The notes below the pieces were generated by a model. The model was not told where the DNA came from, did no database searches, and was given only the letters and a program-made list of their open reading frames with translations. Both the position numbers and the translations under genes were made by a program. 64,000 nt of DNA from Eledone cirrhosa (taxonomy: Eukaryota): contig OZ024740.1 of NCBI GenBank assembly GCA_964016885.1, positions 142,848,001-142,912,000 on the forward strand, in the 5' to 3' direction. Below, piece after piece: positions 1 through 12,786 of this stretch (its first letter is position 1; the number at the start of each line of letters is the position of its first letter).

Positions 1-944
1 GTTGTTAAAGGGGTGTTAGGCGCCGGTTATCCATCTCCCTTATAATATTTTGCTGTCTGTATTATGACATTCTGACAAACATTGATGACGTATTATGTTC
101 GCTATTTTCCGTTCGTTGCCAGGGAACGTTTTCACGAACCAAAGTATTGCCTTCCTGTTTTCCTTCGGTTGCAACGTTTTTCGAAATATTTACTTCTGCG
201 TTCACAGATTGATTTTTTTTTAGTTTCAGAAGATCCTATTAAGGGTGAAAGCAGCGATTCTTTGCTTAAACTTTAATCTGTTATTTTAATATATAATATA
301 AGCGAGGCAAGCCAGCCCAGTTGCACTTCTTTCCAATAAACATTAACCCTTTGTGCGCCATTCATCTAACTAGACCAACAAATATCAACTAAACGGAGTG
401 TTGACAAGAACGATGGCGAATGAATCCTCCCGTGTTGTTAGTTCACGCGGGATTCTCTACTACATCTTTTCGTAATAATACCGAACAACGTACTGCTGGT
501 CACTCCTTCCTCCAAAAGCCGTACAAAGCGGACATGTGCATCGGGCAGATGGATCGGGTGCAGATCTACACCAAGCCTACGCGAAAAATTCGCAAGGGAC
601 TGCACCGAGAGGGATAGAGAGAAAGAGTAACTCAGTGGAAAGAGTGCGAATGAACTTTTGAGGTAAGTAGCCTACGCCTTACTGCTATGGCACTGGAACC
701 TTCTGCCAACTTAACCTGTGACTTTCTCTTTCACATTTACTCCAAAAGACCAAAACAGGGAGTATGAAAAGAAGGGGCTCAACAATATTTCTATGAACAA
801 TGCACGTAGACAGCTAAACTGTACTTTCAACTTCTTAATTTTCTCCAAATAAAACAAGTTTCCTGTCGGTATATTTTCGTGAATTTTTAATAGGCACTCA
901 CAAATAAACGTTTCTCATTGGAGGTGCTATTACCAATGTTCTTA

Positions 945-972
945 CCCGTGCAACGCCGGGATACACTGCTAG
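945..972 (+). mobile_element. Helitron 3' terminus
   Basis: CCCGTGCAACGCCGGG hairpin followed 8 nt later by CTAG|T, the canonical Helitron 3' end. The 5' end was not located. Confidence 0.6.
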
Positions 973-1131
973 TATATATATATATATATATAGACATATA
1001 TATATATATGTGTGTGTGTGTATCTCAGGTTCAATTGGGGGTAACCCCCAGTAAGTAAGGTACTCAATACATATTCCTTTGAATGAAACAGTCCTAGTCC
1101 TGTAGAAGCCATTTCTCATATATATGTATGT

Positions 1132-1498
1132 ATCAGTAGGCACCTCTTAACTAAAATACACCCCTGTCCCACTAACCCTACCCACACCGCCATCTACACC
1201 ACCCCTTTCGATGTAAAGCTATGTTGGTACCACAACATCCAATCCTAAATAAATGAGGTCATGTAGGTGTTACAACAAAAAAACACACAGTCCACACTGT
1301 AATGTGGCCGTGTAGGTAACACGGTAAAAACCTCCCAGTCCACACTGTAAACGTGGTTGGTGTTAGGAAGGGCATCCAGCCGTAGAAAACCCGCCAGACA
1401 GTCCTGAGCAAGACAACCAATCTTGCCTCAAGTGGGACAATTCCCATCCAGACCCATGCTAGCGTGGAAAATGGACGTTAAACGATGATGATGATGAT
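1132..1498 (+). mobile_element. 3'-UTR-only copy of the PHD-RTE LINE family
   Basis: Colinear with 57295-57670; ends GGACGTTAAAC(GAT)n. Confidence 0.85.
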
Positions 1499-3582
1499 GT
1501 GATAGTGCAAACTCGCTACTGTATAGACAGCATATTTGTCTTGCTATATAGGTGCTTCTATAGAGAGACAGGCATAGATAGACCCATAGAAAGATATATA
1601 TCTAATTGTCCATTGCAGGTAGCATCCAGCTGATCTAATATATTGGATCTTCCCTCTCATATTGCAAACAGCCCACTTTTGCATAATTATGTGCTTGTGG
1701 ACTACCTGAAGGATCTATCATGCTGCTGAAATGCAACCAAAACTTTGGTGTAGCTCCTAAATAATCCATACCCATTCTGTATTTTTCTACATGTGTATGC
1801 ACATATACGTGCATAATGGTGCAAGCTCTGTATGCATATGAGTATGCAAATTTGCACATGAGTATGCATATCTTGGTGCATAGACACTCATTATTATACT
1901 GGTATATAATGTGTTTTTATATATATGTATGTATATATACATATATATGTATATGTGTATGGAAGCTATAGTGTAGGAAGACTTGGGATGAAGTGATAAA
2001 AGCTGACCTTGCATAATTTCATCTCTGAAAGACGATGACACAGGATCAAGATCTCTGGCGTAATGAAGTACACTACTTTCCCCCTCCCCCTTCCATACAT
2101 CCCTACGCCCTAACAACCCTCTCCTGTCGACATCCCTCCCACTCTTGCTTCTCCCATGTCCTAACACTCCACCCATGCCTGAATACCCTGGCCTCTCACA
2201 CATGCCCCTAGATCTACCACCCCAATCCCCTCCCAAGTCTCCAGCCCACACTGTAAAGTGGTTGTGTAGGTGTTAATGGTGATAGTGTGTGTGGGGGGAG
2301 GGGTGCATGCTGCCACTTGATTCCTACTATACTAGTACTGGTGATATCACTGCTATTGGCAGCCACTAGAGCATACAACTCCATTTAATAGAAAACGATT
2401 TTTTCGGCTAAATAGAATTCTGTCCATCATATCAAATGTGGAATATCTTACCAACTGTGAAGGGTGAAGGACTATAATATATGACTGGGAGTCTTGTCAT
2501 GAATACCATTAGCAAGTTGTAAACTAAATTCAAAGCGTTTGTGAGTAGTGGGTAGTTAATCAATTTCCCACTTCTATGCCTGCTAGTAAGTGTAAAGGGA
2601 AGTTTGAATCCATAAGGAGACGGACTCTCATAGGACCAACATCGAATTTGTCCATCTCATTATCAATAGCCTGTGTGGCATTAGAAATATTACATAACAA
2701 CTTTATTACTTAAGATGCTGTCTGATAAAGAAGGTATGTTGGTGGCTGCTTGATGGCAACATTACGTAATTATTAACACCATAGAAATATGTATTATGGC
2801 AGATTATGAATAAAATGGCCTTCGCAATTATCATTTTTTAATGTACATATAAATGTAGTTGTGAGTGTATTTTAGATATAGTTATGAGTGTATTTATGCA
2901 CAATCACGTAACAGTGTATACAATATGTGTGTACGTGTGCGCGTGAATATTTGGCTACTATCTCTTCTGGAGTGACCAAGAGTACTGTTTGTCGTAACGT
3001 TAAACCAATTGAGTAGACGCTAAAAGGAAATAATTAGTGCCGGCCTTTATCTGTATTATTCAAGATTTATCTCCCTTAGACTGATAAATTGTCCTGATTT
3101 AATTAGATTTTATTAACATGATCTTCGTCTCACTATAGTCAACATTACACGATATCTACACTTCTACGTCTGATTTAACACTATTACCACTACTTATATA
3201 GATAGGATACATGCTGTTAATCTCCTCGTTTGTTATATAATATTCTACTGACTCATCTTATTTACAATACATCTATAAATATGTGTTATAAAATTGTGAC
3301 TTTAACCCCATTCTTACCTGATCCTATAGACATATAATTAGATATTTTCCAGCTTTGCCTATCCTGTTTCTTATTCTGCAAATCTATGACTACAATATAT
3401 GAGGTTTCCTTCATTTTAAAAGCTGTAATATAAAGGTTTGGTTGCTATTTCTAATTATTTGAATGACTTCATAAAGGTTTCCATCTTGAAGCATTAGCTC
3501 ATGACTTTACTATGTTTCTTTTTAAAAGTAATGTTAAACGTGTCTTACTTCAAACAGATCATCATCCCCCAATCCCATAGGG

Positions 3583-6500
3583 CAGTGGTCGCCAACCTTT
3601 CTAAAACCGAGGAACCCTCTAAATATTTTGAATTCTTCGCGGAACCTATACAATACATAACTTTTTTAAAAAAAGTAATAAAGTATTTATTTATTTTAGT
3701 ATTTCATACGTGTATATGTAATCGAACACAATTAACTAGTGACTTTTCTGCTGCTGCGTCTCATCAGTGAGTTTAGAAAATCGAGGTTCAACACTAGTTA
3801 ATGCCAGTCTCATACACTCGTCAATTGCTGACAGTTTATTCCTCTTCTTTGTGCAGATTTCTACCAACTGCGAAAACCCTTTTTCGCACAAGTAGCTAGA
3901 TGGGAATAAAGTCAAATATTTCAATGCAAGTTGGCTGATTTTATTAAACTCCCCAATCAAGAATAAGTCGATCCATAGTTCTTTCTTTCTGCTTTCGAAT
4001 ATCACTTTCAGGTCTTCGTTTGAATTCAAATCCATCAACTGATGTAAGCATTGTGCAGGTAGTAAATTTTTACAATTTCCAGCGTCATTTTCTGACACTA
4101 ACTGCTCGATCTCGGTGAACGGGTTTTTTATCCATAAATTTCCGCTAACAATATCTTTTTCCATCAAGTCAAAATAATCTGAAAAACTTGTGGAAAGCAC
4201 ATTTAAATGAGAAAGAATAATGTTCTTTAGATTGCTGGAGTCAAAATCTTCTCTCTTTTTAAGCTCTATTTCAAGGTTTGAAAGTAATGAGTAATTGTCC
4301 GATTCAATTCTTTTTATAAAGATGTTTAATTTTGATTGAAAATATGTAATAAAATTGATTGAAGTAAAAATATCTGCATTGTTACCCTGAAGACACTTAA
4401 TTAGTTTGTTCAGTTCACCAAAAATGTCTACTAAATAAGCGAGTTGCACATTCCATTCATTGGTTTCTAATACACTTGCTCTTTCATCATTCTGTTTTTT
4501 TAGAAAAACTATTATTTCTTCTCTCAGTTCAAAAACTCTCTTCATAGCATCCCCAAAAGACAGCCAACGCACATCATTGTTCAACAACAATCTATTATAA
4601 TTACTTCCAGAAGATTCACAAATAGATTCAAACATTCTAGAATTTTTTGCTTTTGCATGGATCAAATTGATAATTTTGACAATGTCTTTCAGCTGGTCAT
4701 TTAATATTTGAGCATCTCTGTCTTTGAATTTTTTTTAACACAAAACCTCTCGATGAATCATACAATGATTTGAAATACAATTTGGGGTCTATTCTTTAAT
4801 TTTTGCAATCAAACCAGAATTTTTACCAGTCATTGCAGCTGCTCCATCTGTTGTTATTGAAGTCAACTTGCTCCAAGATACACCATTTTTTAAAAAATAC
4901 TCTTCAATTTTATTGAATATATCTTGACCTTTAGTTGTGATGTTTAATACCAGACAAAACAAATACTCTTCTACTAATTCTTTTTTATCAAGGTCTACAA
5001 ACCGTACATAGCAAATTAATTGAGCCTTGTTATTAATATCCGTAGTTTCGTCCACTTGCAAACCAAAACATGTGCTTTTCTTTAGTGCAGTTAGTATCTG
5101 ATTTTCTATATCAGAAGAAATATCAATTATCCTTCTTTTTATGGTATTTGCTGACAATGGTAACTAGCTTAATTTTTCTTTGTCCTTAATACTGCATCTT
5201 TCAAAAAGATACTCTGTAGCAATTTTTATACTTGGCAGAAATAACTGTTCTCCTAATGTAAATGGTTTCTTGTTTTTACCAATCAAATGTGAAATCTCAA
5301 AAGATGTTCTTGTTAAAGCTTTATTTCTATCTGACTTTTTACAAAACAAGTCATACATATTAGCTTGTGATTTTTTCAGCGAAGTAAAGTGACTTATTTT
5401 TATCATTGGTGTGATTAGTATCAAGGTGTCTTTTAAGTTTTGCAGGATTTAAACAGCTATTTGATAGAACTTTTGAACATAGCAAACACATGGGCTGATC
5501 TGGTGTATCTTTTTTAGTGTCAGCTTTTTGAAATCCATATCTAACATAATCATCACACCACTGTCTAACCTTACTGCTGGTATCTAACTTCAGCTTCTTT
5601 GCAGTAGACATCATATCAATGTTATTTATCTACAGTTAAACTTTTTAATATGACATTAATAAACAAGAGAAATTAACAGTTTTTTTAATTACAAAAAGTA
5701 CTTAAATTAACTTTAATTTTAGATATTTGGAAAAACTTAACTAGTTAAAAAATAATTTTAATTTTTAAAAATTGAAATTTCTCCATTTTAGGATGGCAAA
5801 CATATTATTTAAAGTCTTATAATAATATTAAAATATTAGGGGTTACTGAAAAAGGTGCAAATTTATAAACAACTAGAAGAAATTTTTTTCAGAGTCCAGC
5901 ACTTCCTGCATATACTACTTTAGGGTCATATTAAATATTATTGGTAATGTAAATATATTTAAATATCCGCCATACTAAAAGGTGCAAAAAATGCAAATCA
6001 GCTGATAGTGTAGATGTGACGATGGTATTGGAAATTAATTCAGATATCTTCTATCTATTTTGACTCAAAGTTAGATATAATATAAGAAGGCTTTAGGCTG
6101 CGTTAAACATACATTAGATTGGAACAAATAAAGTTTAGTCAAATGCTTGTGGACATATATATTTATTGTATGAAGTAATTTCTCAATTGTGAATGCAGAT
6201 GTCATCAAATGAATACATAATTGTGTGGAAAAGTTTATAGTGTATGCATGGAATGCAAAATTACCTTTGTTAGTAGTCGAAACTTTACAGGCGTTATATT
6301 TTCTGTACAAAGTACAACAGAATGTAACGTGTTCTTATTTAGAATTGTCTGTGGAACTGGATGCATGTTGAAAACGACTAGTAAGTGAGTTCACTCTGTG
6401 AGGAAACTTTAGGTGACTTTAAAGCTTTTGTGAGGACAGCAGATTAAAACGTGTTCTCTATTGAAAACATTCTACTGAACTTACGTTGTGAGAACAGCGA

Positions 6501-6957
6501 ACTGACCCTGTCTCTCGGCTGAGAGACCTCGCTGAACTGAAGTTTTCAGTTTAAAGTTCTGCTGTCATCGACCAACATTTACTTGTTCGTGATTGGTCAA
6601 TTTCTAAGTTCAATTAGTGTATTATCAGTAGTAGTCAAATCCTCGGAATTCAGAAAACTATGTCTTTCCAAGAATTGATGTGAAATTGAAAGTATTCAAT
6701 TTCCACAAATCTCAGAACAGTGTTTTTCTGCTAATTCAAGTGAGAAACTAAAAGTAGTGTTTTCCACGAATTGGAGTGGGGAACCTGTGTACACTACAAT
6801 AGTACTCGTTCATTTATACATTGCACCTTTGGCATTTTCTTTGCACCTTTTTCAGAAAACCCAAAATATTAATGGTAATGTAAATATTTTTTTAAGGAAC
6901 CTGGAGTTTGTTTTACGGAACCCCAAGGTTCCGCGGAACCCATGTTGGCAACCACTG
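3583..6957 (-). mobile_element. hAT DNA transposon, Buster/Charlie group, 3375 bp
   Basis: 14-bp TIRs: CAGTGGTCGCCAAC at 3583 and the reverse complement of CAGTGGTTGCCAAC ending at 6957. Perfect 8-bp TSD CCATAGGG (3575-3582, 6958-6965) with the central TA typical of Buster elements. Confidence 0.95.
3736..5614 (-). pseudogene. Buster-type hAT transposase (ZBED5/SCAND3-like), disrupted
   Basis: Four ORF pieces: BED finger (CLLC...LKRHLDTNH), LQVDETTD, TTDGAAAMTG, CMIH motif, VRWLS, and the dimerisation motif SYLCEKGFS. Separated by frameshifts and stops. Confidence 0.92.
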
Positions 6958-7504
6958 CCATAGGGTATAGAGAGCTCTTCAGTTGAGTCAACTACTGACA
7001 ACCTCTTTAGTTTTAGGGCTATGATAAATTGCACCCAGAACACTCTGTAAAATGTTTGGTGACCAGTTATATCAAAGACATGACAACTTCCCTATTGCTT
7101 GGGCCATAATAAAACGCACCTAGTGCACTCTATAAATTGTGATGTGATGTGATAGTCCCATACCTCCTGATGGAGTCTTAGGGGCATTGTAGTAACATAC
7201 AGCTTTTCTTGGGCATTTTAAGTATAGCAGAGCTATAGGTCTGAACACAGCAGATTTCTTCCAGAGAAGGATTGAGAGCATGGGAAAGATAGGGAGAAAG
7301 AAATATAGAGGAAGAATTGACCCCAGTACTGGACTGATACTTTTTTTAATGACCTTGAAAAGATGAAAGGCAAAATTAGCCTCAGCAGGATTTATATATA
7401 TATATATATATATGTATATAAAAGGTAAACAGAAATAACAACACAATCGGTACAGTATATGGAAGGTATATATTAGGTTAACGCTTGATATAGCAGGAAG
7501 AGGG

Positions 7505-7540
7505 TCTTAACGTTTCAGACGCTAGTCCTTCATCAGAAGA
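7505..7540 (-). ncRNA. Minimal type I hammerhead ribozyme (Penelope-type)
   Basis: Minus strand reads TCTT-CTGATGA-A-GGAC-TAGC-GTCT-GAAA-CG-TT-AAGA. Core boxes intact, stem I TCTT/AAGA, stem II GGAC/GTCT, short palindromic stem III. Confidence 0.7.
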
Positions 7541-8024
7541 AAGAATGAGAAATAAGATAGATTGAGGGGATGGAATTAGAAAAAAATGTCTTTAGATAAA
7601 AATAACAGATCCATTCATGTTGACATTTCTTGCAAAAATGTTGGTGCTGGAGTTTTGTGTATGATTTATTTTTAGAAAAGTGGATGATGGAGCATGTCTA
7701 CGTGAAATGGAAAAATAACGTTTTGTAAAAAGAGCTATACTTGTGCACGTACATAAGCATGTATTTGTGTGTGTGTGTGTTATTATACGTCCGTACGAAG
7801 CTAAGAAGAAATGTGTGTGTATATGTGAGTAAAAGAGTGTGTGCATGTAAGTACGAAGCTATGAGCCAAAGTATGTTAATATAAGATTGTGTATGTATGT
7901 ATACAGAGAAGTGAAGGGGAAAGTGGAGTGAGCATATATAGTCAGCATGTATTAGTTGTAAGAGAAGCTGCTAATGATCAAGAGAAAGCAAAAGGAATCT
8001 AGGGGTGTGATAGTGGACGGGGTA

Positions 8025-8250
8025 TTAGAGAAATTGGGGAGGTGAGTTGAGTCCAAGCGGGGAATAGGACTCAAGGCGGTGAATCAGACTTTGTTCAGTC
8101 CTGGTGCACGAGGCCTGTGATCCATGATGTAAAAGGACACCTAGGACTGAAACATGTAGGGAAGAATGACCAGGAGAACATAAATGACGGGCAACAGGAG
8201 TATCCAAACCAAGTCGTATATAGTGATGGGTGGGGGAATTCGTGTGTGTG
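8025..8250 (-). pseudogene. Penelope-like element GIY-YIG endonuclease C-terminal remnant
   Basis: PVARHLCSPGHS...EQSLIHRLESYSPLGLN matches the typical PLE GIY-YIG C-terminus. The hammerhead lies just downstream on the same strand. Confidence 0.75.
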
Positions 8251-8399
8251 CACAAAGTTTAGGAATTCTATTTGAAACCCTTCTAACTGTTAACTTGATA
8301 ACAGCTCCTTTGAGTTCAAATGTCTCAAGACATTTATCAGCAAAAAAAAGACTAAATACTAGAAGACTGCACAGGAGCCATTGATATATCTGATGGTAT

Positions 8400-9725
8400 T
8401 TGCATATATGGCAAAACAATTGAAGAGCATGATAAGAACTTGGGAAAGACAATGCATATACCCATTGTTTTCAACAAAGACAAGTGGAAATGAGACAAAA
8501 ACAGATCAAATTCTATTGTCTTATCTGGAATGAAAATGGTTTTTACTCAAATTCAGAAAAATGTGACAAAATAAAACCAAGCCCATACCTACAAACTTTG
8601 AAGAACTTCAGCAATTTCTAGGTATGATCCAATTCCTAAGCCCTTTCATACCAGAACCTAGTTCTAGAACAGCTCCACTGAGATCACGACTCAAGAAAGA
8701 CAATGAATGGCAATGGAATAATACACACAAAAAAGCTTTTCAAAAATTGAAAGACTGTGTTCATGAAAACATCTGCTTAGCTTATTTCAAACTTAATGCT
8801 AAGCTAGTGATCCGAGTAGATTCAAGTCATTAGGCCTAAGTGCAACACTAATCAATGATGGAAAAAGACTGACTGATGCTAAGTCAAGTTATGCAAACAA
8901 AAAGAGAGCTACTTGCAGTGGTGTTTGATTGTGCAGAATTTCATACACAGAGGTGTGTGTGTGTGGGGGGGGGGGGTCCACATTACAACCAGCCCAAGAT
9001 ACTCACAATCGAAAAGTTTCATAGAAACAATGGTCCAAACAGTGAAAAACACTATGAAAAAGGCAAAACAATTAAATATAGATTGCCAAATGGCTTCTCT
9101 ATGCATAAGAGCAACCTCACTGAACAGTCACTTACCATCACTGCAGAGATCCTATTCAATAAAAAAAAATAAGAATAAGAATTCTAACTATCTTGAACAC
9201 TGACACCCCAAAAGACAATCAAATCCGAGAAAGGATGAGCATCAAAAGCAAGAAACAACAACAGAAATGCAAAGGATCTTCCTGAATTAGTTATAAGCAA
9301 CAAAGTGTCTGTCTTTCAAGAAAATAACACATGGTAACCAGCATCAGTCATAGACAAATACACAGAACCATGTAGCTACATCGTCAGAGTGGACAGCGAT
9401 GGAAAACTGCTCAGATGAAAAAGGCAGTGCATGCAGGAGTAACTCAGTCAACAGAAACGGGAACCTCCAGTTTACCAGTTCAACAGATCAGAGACAATGA
9501 TCCATTAGTGTTGGCCTACAGGGGCATGGGTTCCATGGTGAACATCAGTGCTACAGCTTGGCATGCCCAGCTCATATTAACCGCATGTGCAGACTGACCA
9601 GTCACCAGTGCCATCGGACCACCTTGTGAGAATAAGAAAGACCCCAGCAAAACTTAAGGACTACATATAAAGCATAGCTATTTAGCGCATCAACTAATTC
9701 ATAATTCATAACTTCTAAGGGGATT
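8400..9725 (+). mobile_element. Heavily degraded Ty3/Gypsy pol remnant (RT-RNase H-integrase)
   Basis: FLGMIQFLSPFIP..TAPLRSRLKKDNEWQW..AFQKLK; KRELLAVVF; ETMVQTVKNTMKK; C-terminal PAKLKDY followed by a purine tract. Confidence 0.75.
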
Positions 9726-9747
9726 GCAACATCTAATATTAAATCAT

Positions 9748-9898
9748 GTGGCGTTAGGAAGGGCATCCAGCTGCAGAAACCCAGCCGGAAACGCCTCTAT
9801 ATGAGTGAGACATGGTCACCTGACACAACTTGCCTCAAAATAGGACTCGTCTAACCCATGTTAATGTGGAAGATGGATGTTAATCAATGATGATGATG
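9748..9898 (+). mobile_element. SINE/LINE 3' tail of RTE type
   Basis: GGCGTTAGGAAGGGCATCCAGCTG...CCCATG...GGATGTTAA-(GAT)n, the same tail as the RTE family. Confidence 0.7.
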
Positions 9899-10149
9899 TG
9901 ACATTAAAGGGACAAAATTTATGAAATATCAAATTGAAACATCATGCTGCAATCTCCTTAGAAGTTAGGAATTATGAACTAGTCAATGTGCTAAGTATCT
10001 ATGCTCCATATGAAGTCCTTAAGTTTTGCTGAGAGGTTTCTTATTTTCACAGAGTGACCCAATGGCACTGGTGGCTGGTCAGTTTTCACCTCACACTTAA
10101 ATACAGCCAACACTTGAATTTTCAAACATGCTTCTATGTATGTGTTGCA

Positions 10150-10745
10150 TAGATGTGAAGTTTTAGGCCAGCAAGAATCCTACATTTTCTGGCACAGATG
10201 TTACAAACACGGCCTTTGGTAACAGGAACGGGTGGCTGGTTGCTCTGTACTTTCATGTGCTGTCACAGACATCCTGATGATTGGCAGATTTTACCACATT
10301 GATGGTAGATTTTTACGCACCAATATAATCTGCATCAGCCCTTTTTATATGGCTCCTTTGTGACTCTTTAATCTAGCTTTGCTGAGGCAGACTTTCCCAC
10401 ACTCATTGCATGCCAGCTCTCCTTGGTCTTCAACACTTCCTGGTAATTCTACTTTCAAGCCCTTCCTCATATCCCTTTTTAACTTTTCTAAGGCCATTTC
10501 AAAGTGTACTTTCTCCTCATATACAGCTTCCCTCCACAGAGTTCAGTCATTGGCAGGTTGTTCCCAGAGATATCAGCTTTTATCAGAGATGTTTTCTCAG
10601 CCCTTGAACCATTTCTCAGCTCACCATAAAGAAGTTGTCCCAGATGTTGTCTCATCACATGTCCCAACCATCGGAAACGGTGTTGCCAAATAATTGTCTC
10701 AATACTCTGACAGTGATTTCTTTCAAGGACCTTAACATCACTCAC
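10150..10745 (-). mobile_element. RTE-clade LINE 3' fragment with C-terminal C2H2-like finger (second family)
   Basis: RFRWLGHVMR..LLYGELRNGSR, then a degenerate QCGKIC....L*QHMKV finger near 10250-10300. Confidence 0.65.
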
Positions 10746-10760
10746 ATACATACATACATA

Positions 10761-11541
10761 TGTAGCAAAATCTGTCCGTGCCTTGAACCTTGGGTGACAC
10801 CTAAGGGTCAAATTCTAGGTCAACACCCTTTTGGTGTAGACAGGTTGATGTGTTGACTATCCCCTCAGGTTGGGGGACAGGAAGTGACAGTTATATATAG
10901 AGCCTGTATCAAGCTATTTCAGGAGATACATCTGAGCATTACACCTATAACAAACTATGTAAGGATTCACTGCTATCAATAGACCCCAAGTGTCTACAGA
11001 GCCAGAGACATCGGAGCATTACGCTAGCAACTAACTATGTAAAGATTCACCACTATAAACAGACCCCATGAGGTCTACAGATACACCCAGAGCGATTGGA
11101 ACCCTACTACTACAGAACACAAATGTGCAAGATTCACCGCTGTCTGCAGGCCACGGTAGTTCACAGTTACAACAGACCATAACAGAGATATACAAACCAT
11201 ATCTCTCTCTCTCTCTTACTAACTACGGTCTCACAACTACTACCACGGACTCCAAATTCCAACAACAACAATTATCTGTCGCTCGCTGTTTTCACACCAA
11301 CAACAACAACAGACTACAACAGCCTCACATCAACAACAAAATAATATTGTCAATCTTTGCAACTTATGGTAACTTGTTTATTGTACCTTTTAATTGATTC
11401 ACGTGAAGTAAACCATATATAACCAAATCATTTATTCTTCATATTCTCGTTATTACATTCATTCTTATTATTCTTGTTATAATCATTTCTAATAACCACA
11501 TACAACCATCTAACTTTTCATTTTTAACCCTTCGTTAAACA
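10761..11541 (+). mobile_element. Probable solo LTR inserted in a (CATA)n tract
   Basis: TGT...ACA ends flanked by (CATA)n, TATATATA box near 10892, and about three internal ~75-bp repeats at 10920-11150. Confidence 0.45.
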
Positions 11542-12363
11542 TACATACGTACATACATACATACATGTTATAAACTAGTTTGACGCGATCAGAGCTGACC
11601 TTTCCGCATTACGCACAGAGGGACAATTAGCGGAAAATGCCCAAATTCAGTGGTATCTACTATATATATGCATATATAGCGGTTCGACAAAACGAGATCG
11701 ATAAAATATTTTCCAAGGTCGATATACTCGACATAATCCCTTCAAGGCAATGGCCCAGCATGGCTATGGTTTAATGACAGAAACCAGTAAAATGACAGAA
11801 ACCAGTAAAAGACTAAAGTCATATCCTTTAGAAGATAGGATGGTTGTGGCTGGAACGCCTTTGGTTATAAATCTGTTGATAAGGGCTGACTGAACTGGAA
11901 ATCAAAATAAATAAGATAACTTGAAAGGCGGAATAACTCTTTCATTCTTTCGTTCTGGATCGAAAGAATGTGTTCAGAATACATTATTCTCCATGGTAAC
12001 TGTAAACATAGAACCGCTTATGGCTTTTACAGTTCTTCAATGCGGACCGTAAGTATGACACTTTGTAAGCATTCTCTAACAAACTCAAGACAAATAGTAG
12101 AGCTATTCCACCTCTTTTGTATTATATTTCGTTAATTGTCAGTAATGATTAGTTTTATATGTTGAACCTATTGATAGTTTAGTGAGAAAACTAAAGTGTT
12201 TGTGTATTTCACCCAAAGTTGACAATGTTGTTGTTTGAAGTATCGTTGCCAATATATCCCATTTTAAAGAACATAAAAATATATCATCCGATTCACTCTG
12301 CATAATTCACGCATATTCTTCATTGTTCTGTGTCGTTTGCTTTGTTATTTCTGTTTGTCTTTT

Positions 12364-12424
<61 letters not shown>

Positions 12425-12576
12425 ATATATATATATATATCCATACGTTTGGGTGTATAAACACAAGGAAAATGTGCTCAATACCAAAGTAGAGAATGTA
12501 TATATTTATATGTATGTTTGTGAGTGTTATGTAATTGTAGTGATTTAATTTAATATATATATATATATATATATGT

Positions 12577-12604
<28 letters not shown>

Positions 12605-12607
<3 letters not shown>

Positions 12608-12786
12608 ACAATGAAAATATTGTGTACAGTGCTCAAGTGCACTACAACTCATCAAAAGTGTATGTATAGTATATAGGGTAATGTACAAACGTCAGGAAAA
12701 TGAACAGAGCATGAGTCATGATATACACATGTGCATGTGTATGGAAGGGGGACATCGGGTATAGTTTTGGTGAATTTCGGGAAGCA
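12605..12786 (-). mobile_element. CR1-clade LINE 3' end fragment
   Basis: Matches the 3' ends at 16885-17030 and 30545-30770 (TTATTGTGTACA..GCTCA.GTGCACTACAACTC). Confidence 0.75.

Noticed and set aside
1787-2251. 154-aa Gly-rich minus-strand ORF
   Set aside because: Antisense of a C-rich RTE-type 3'-UTR segment (similar to 39690-39950) running into a microsatellite.
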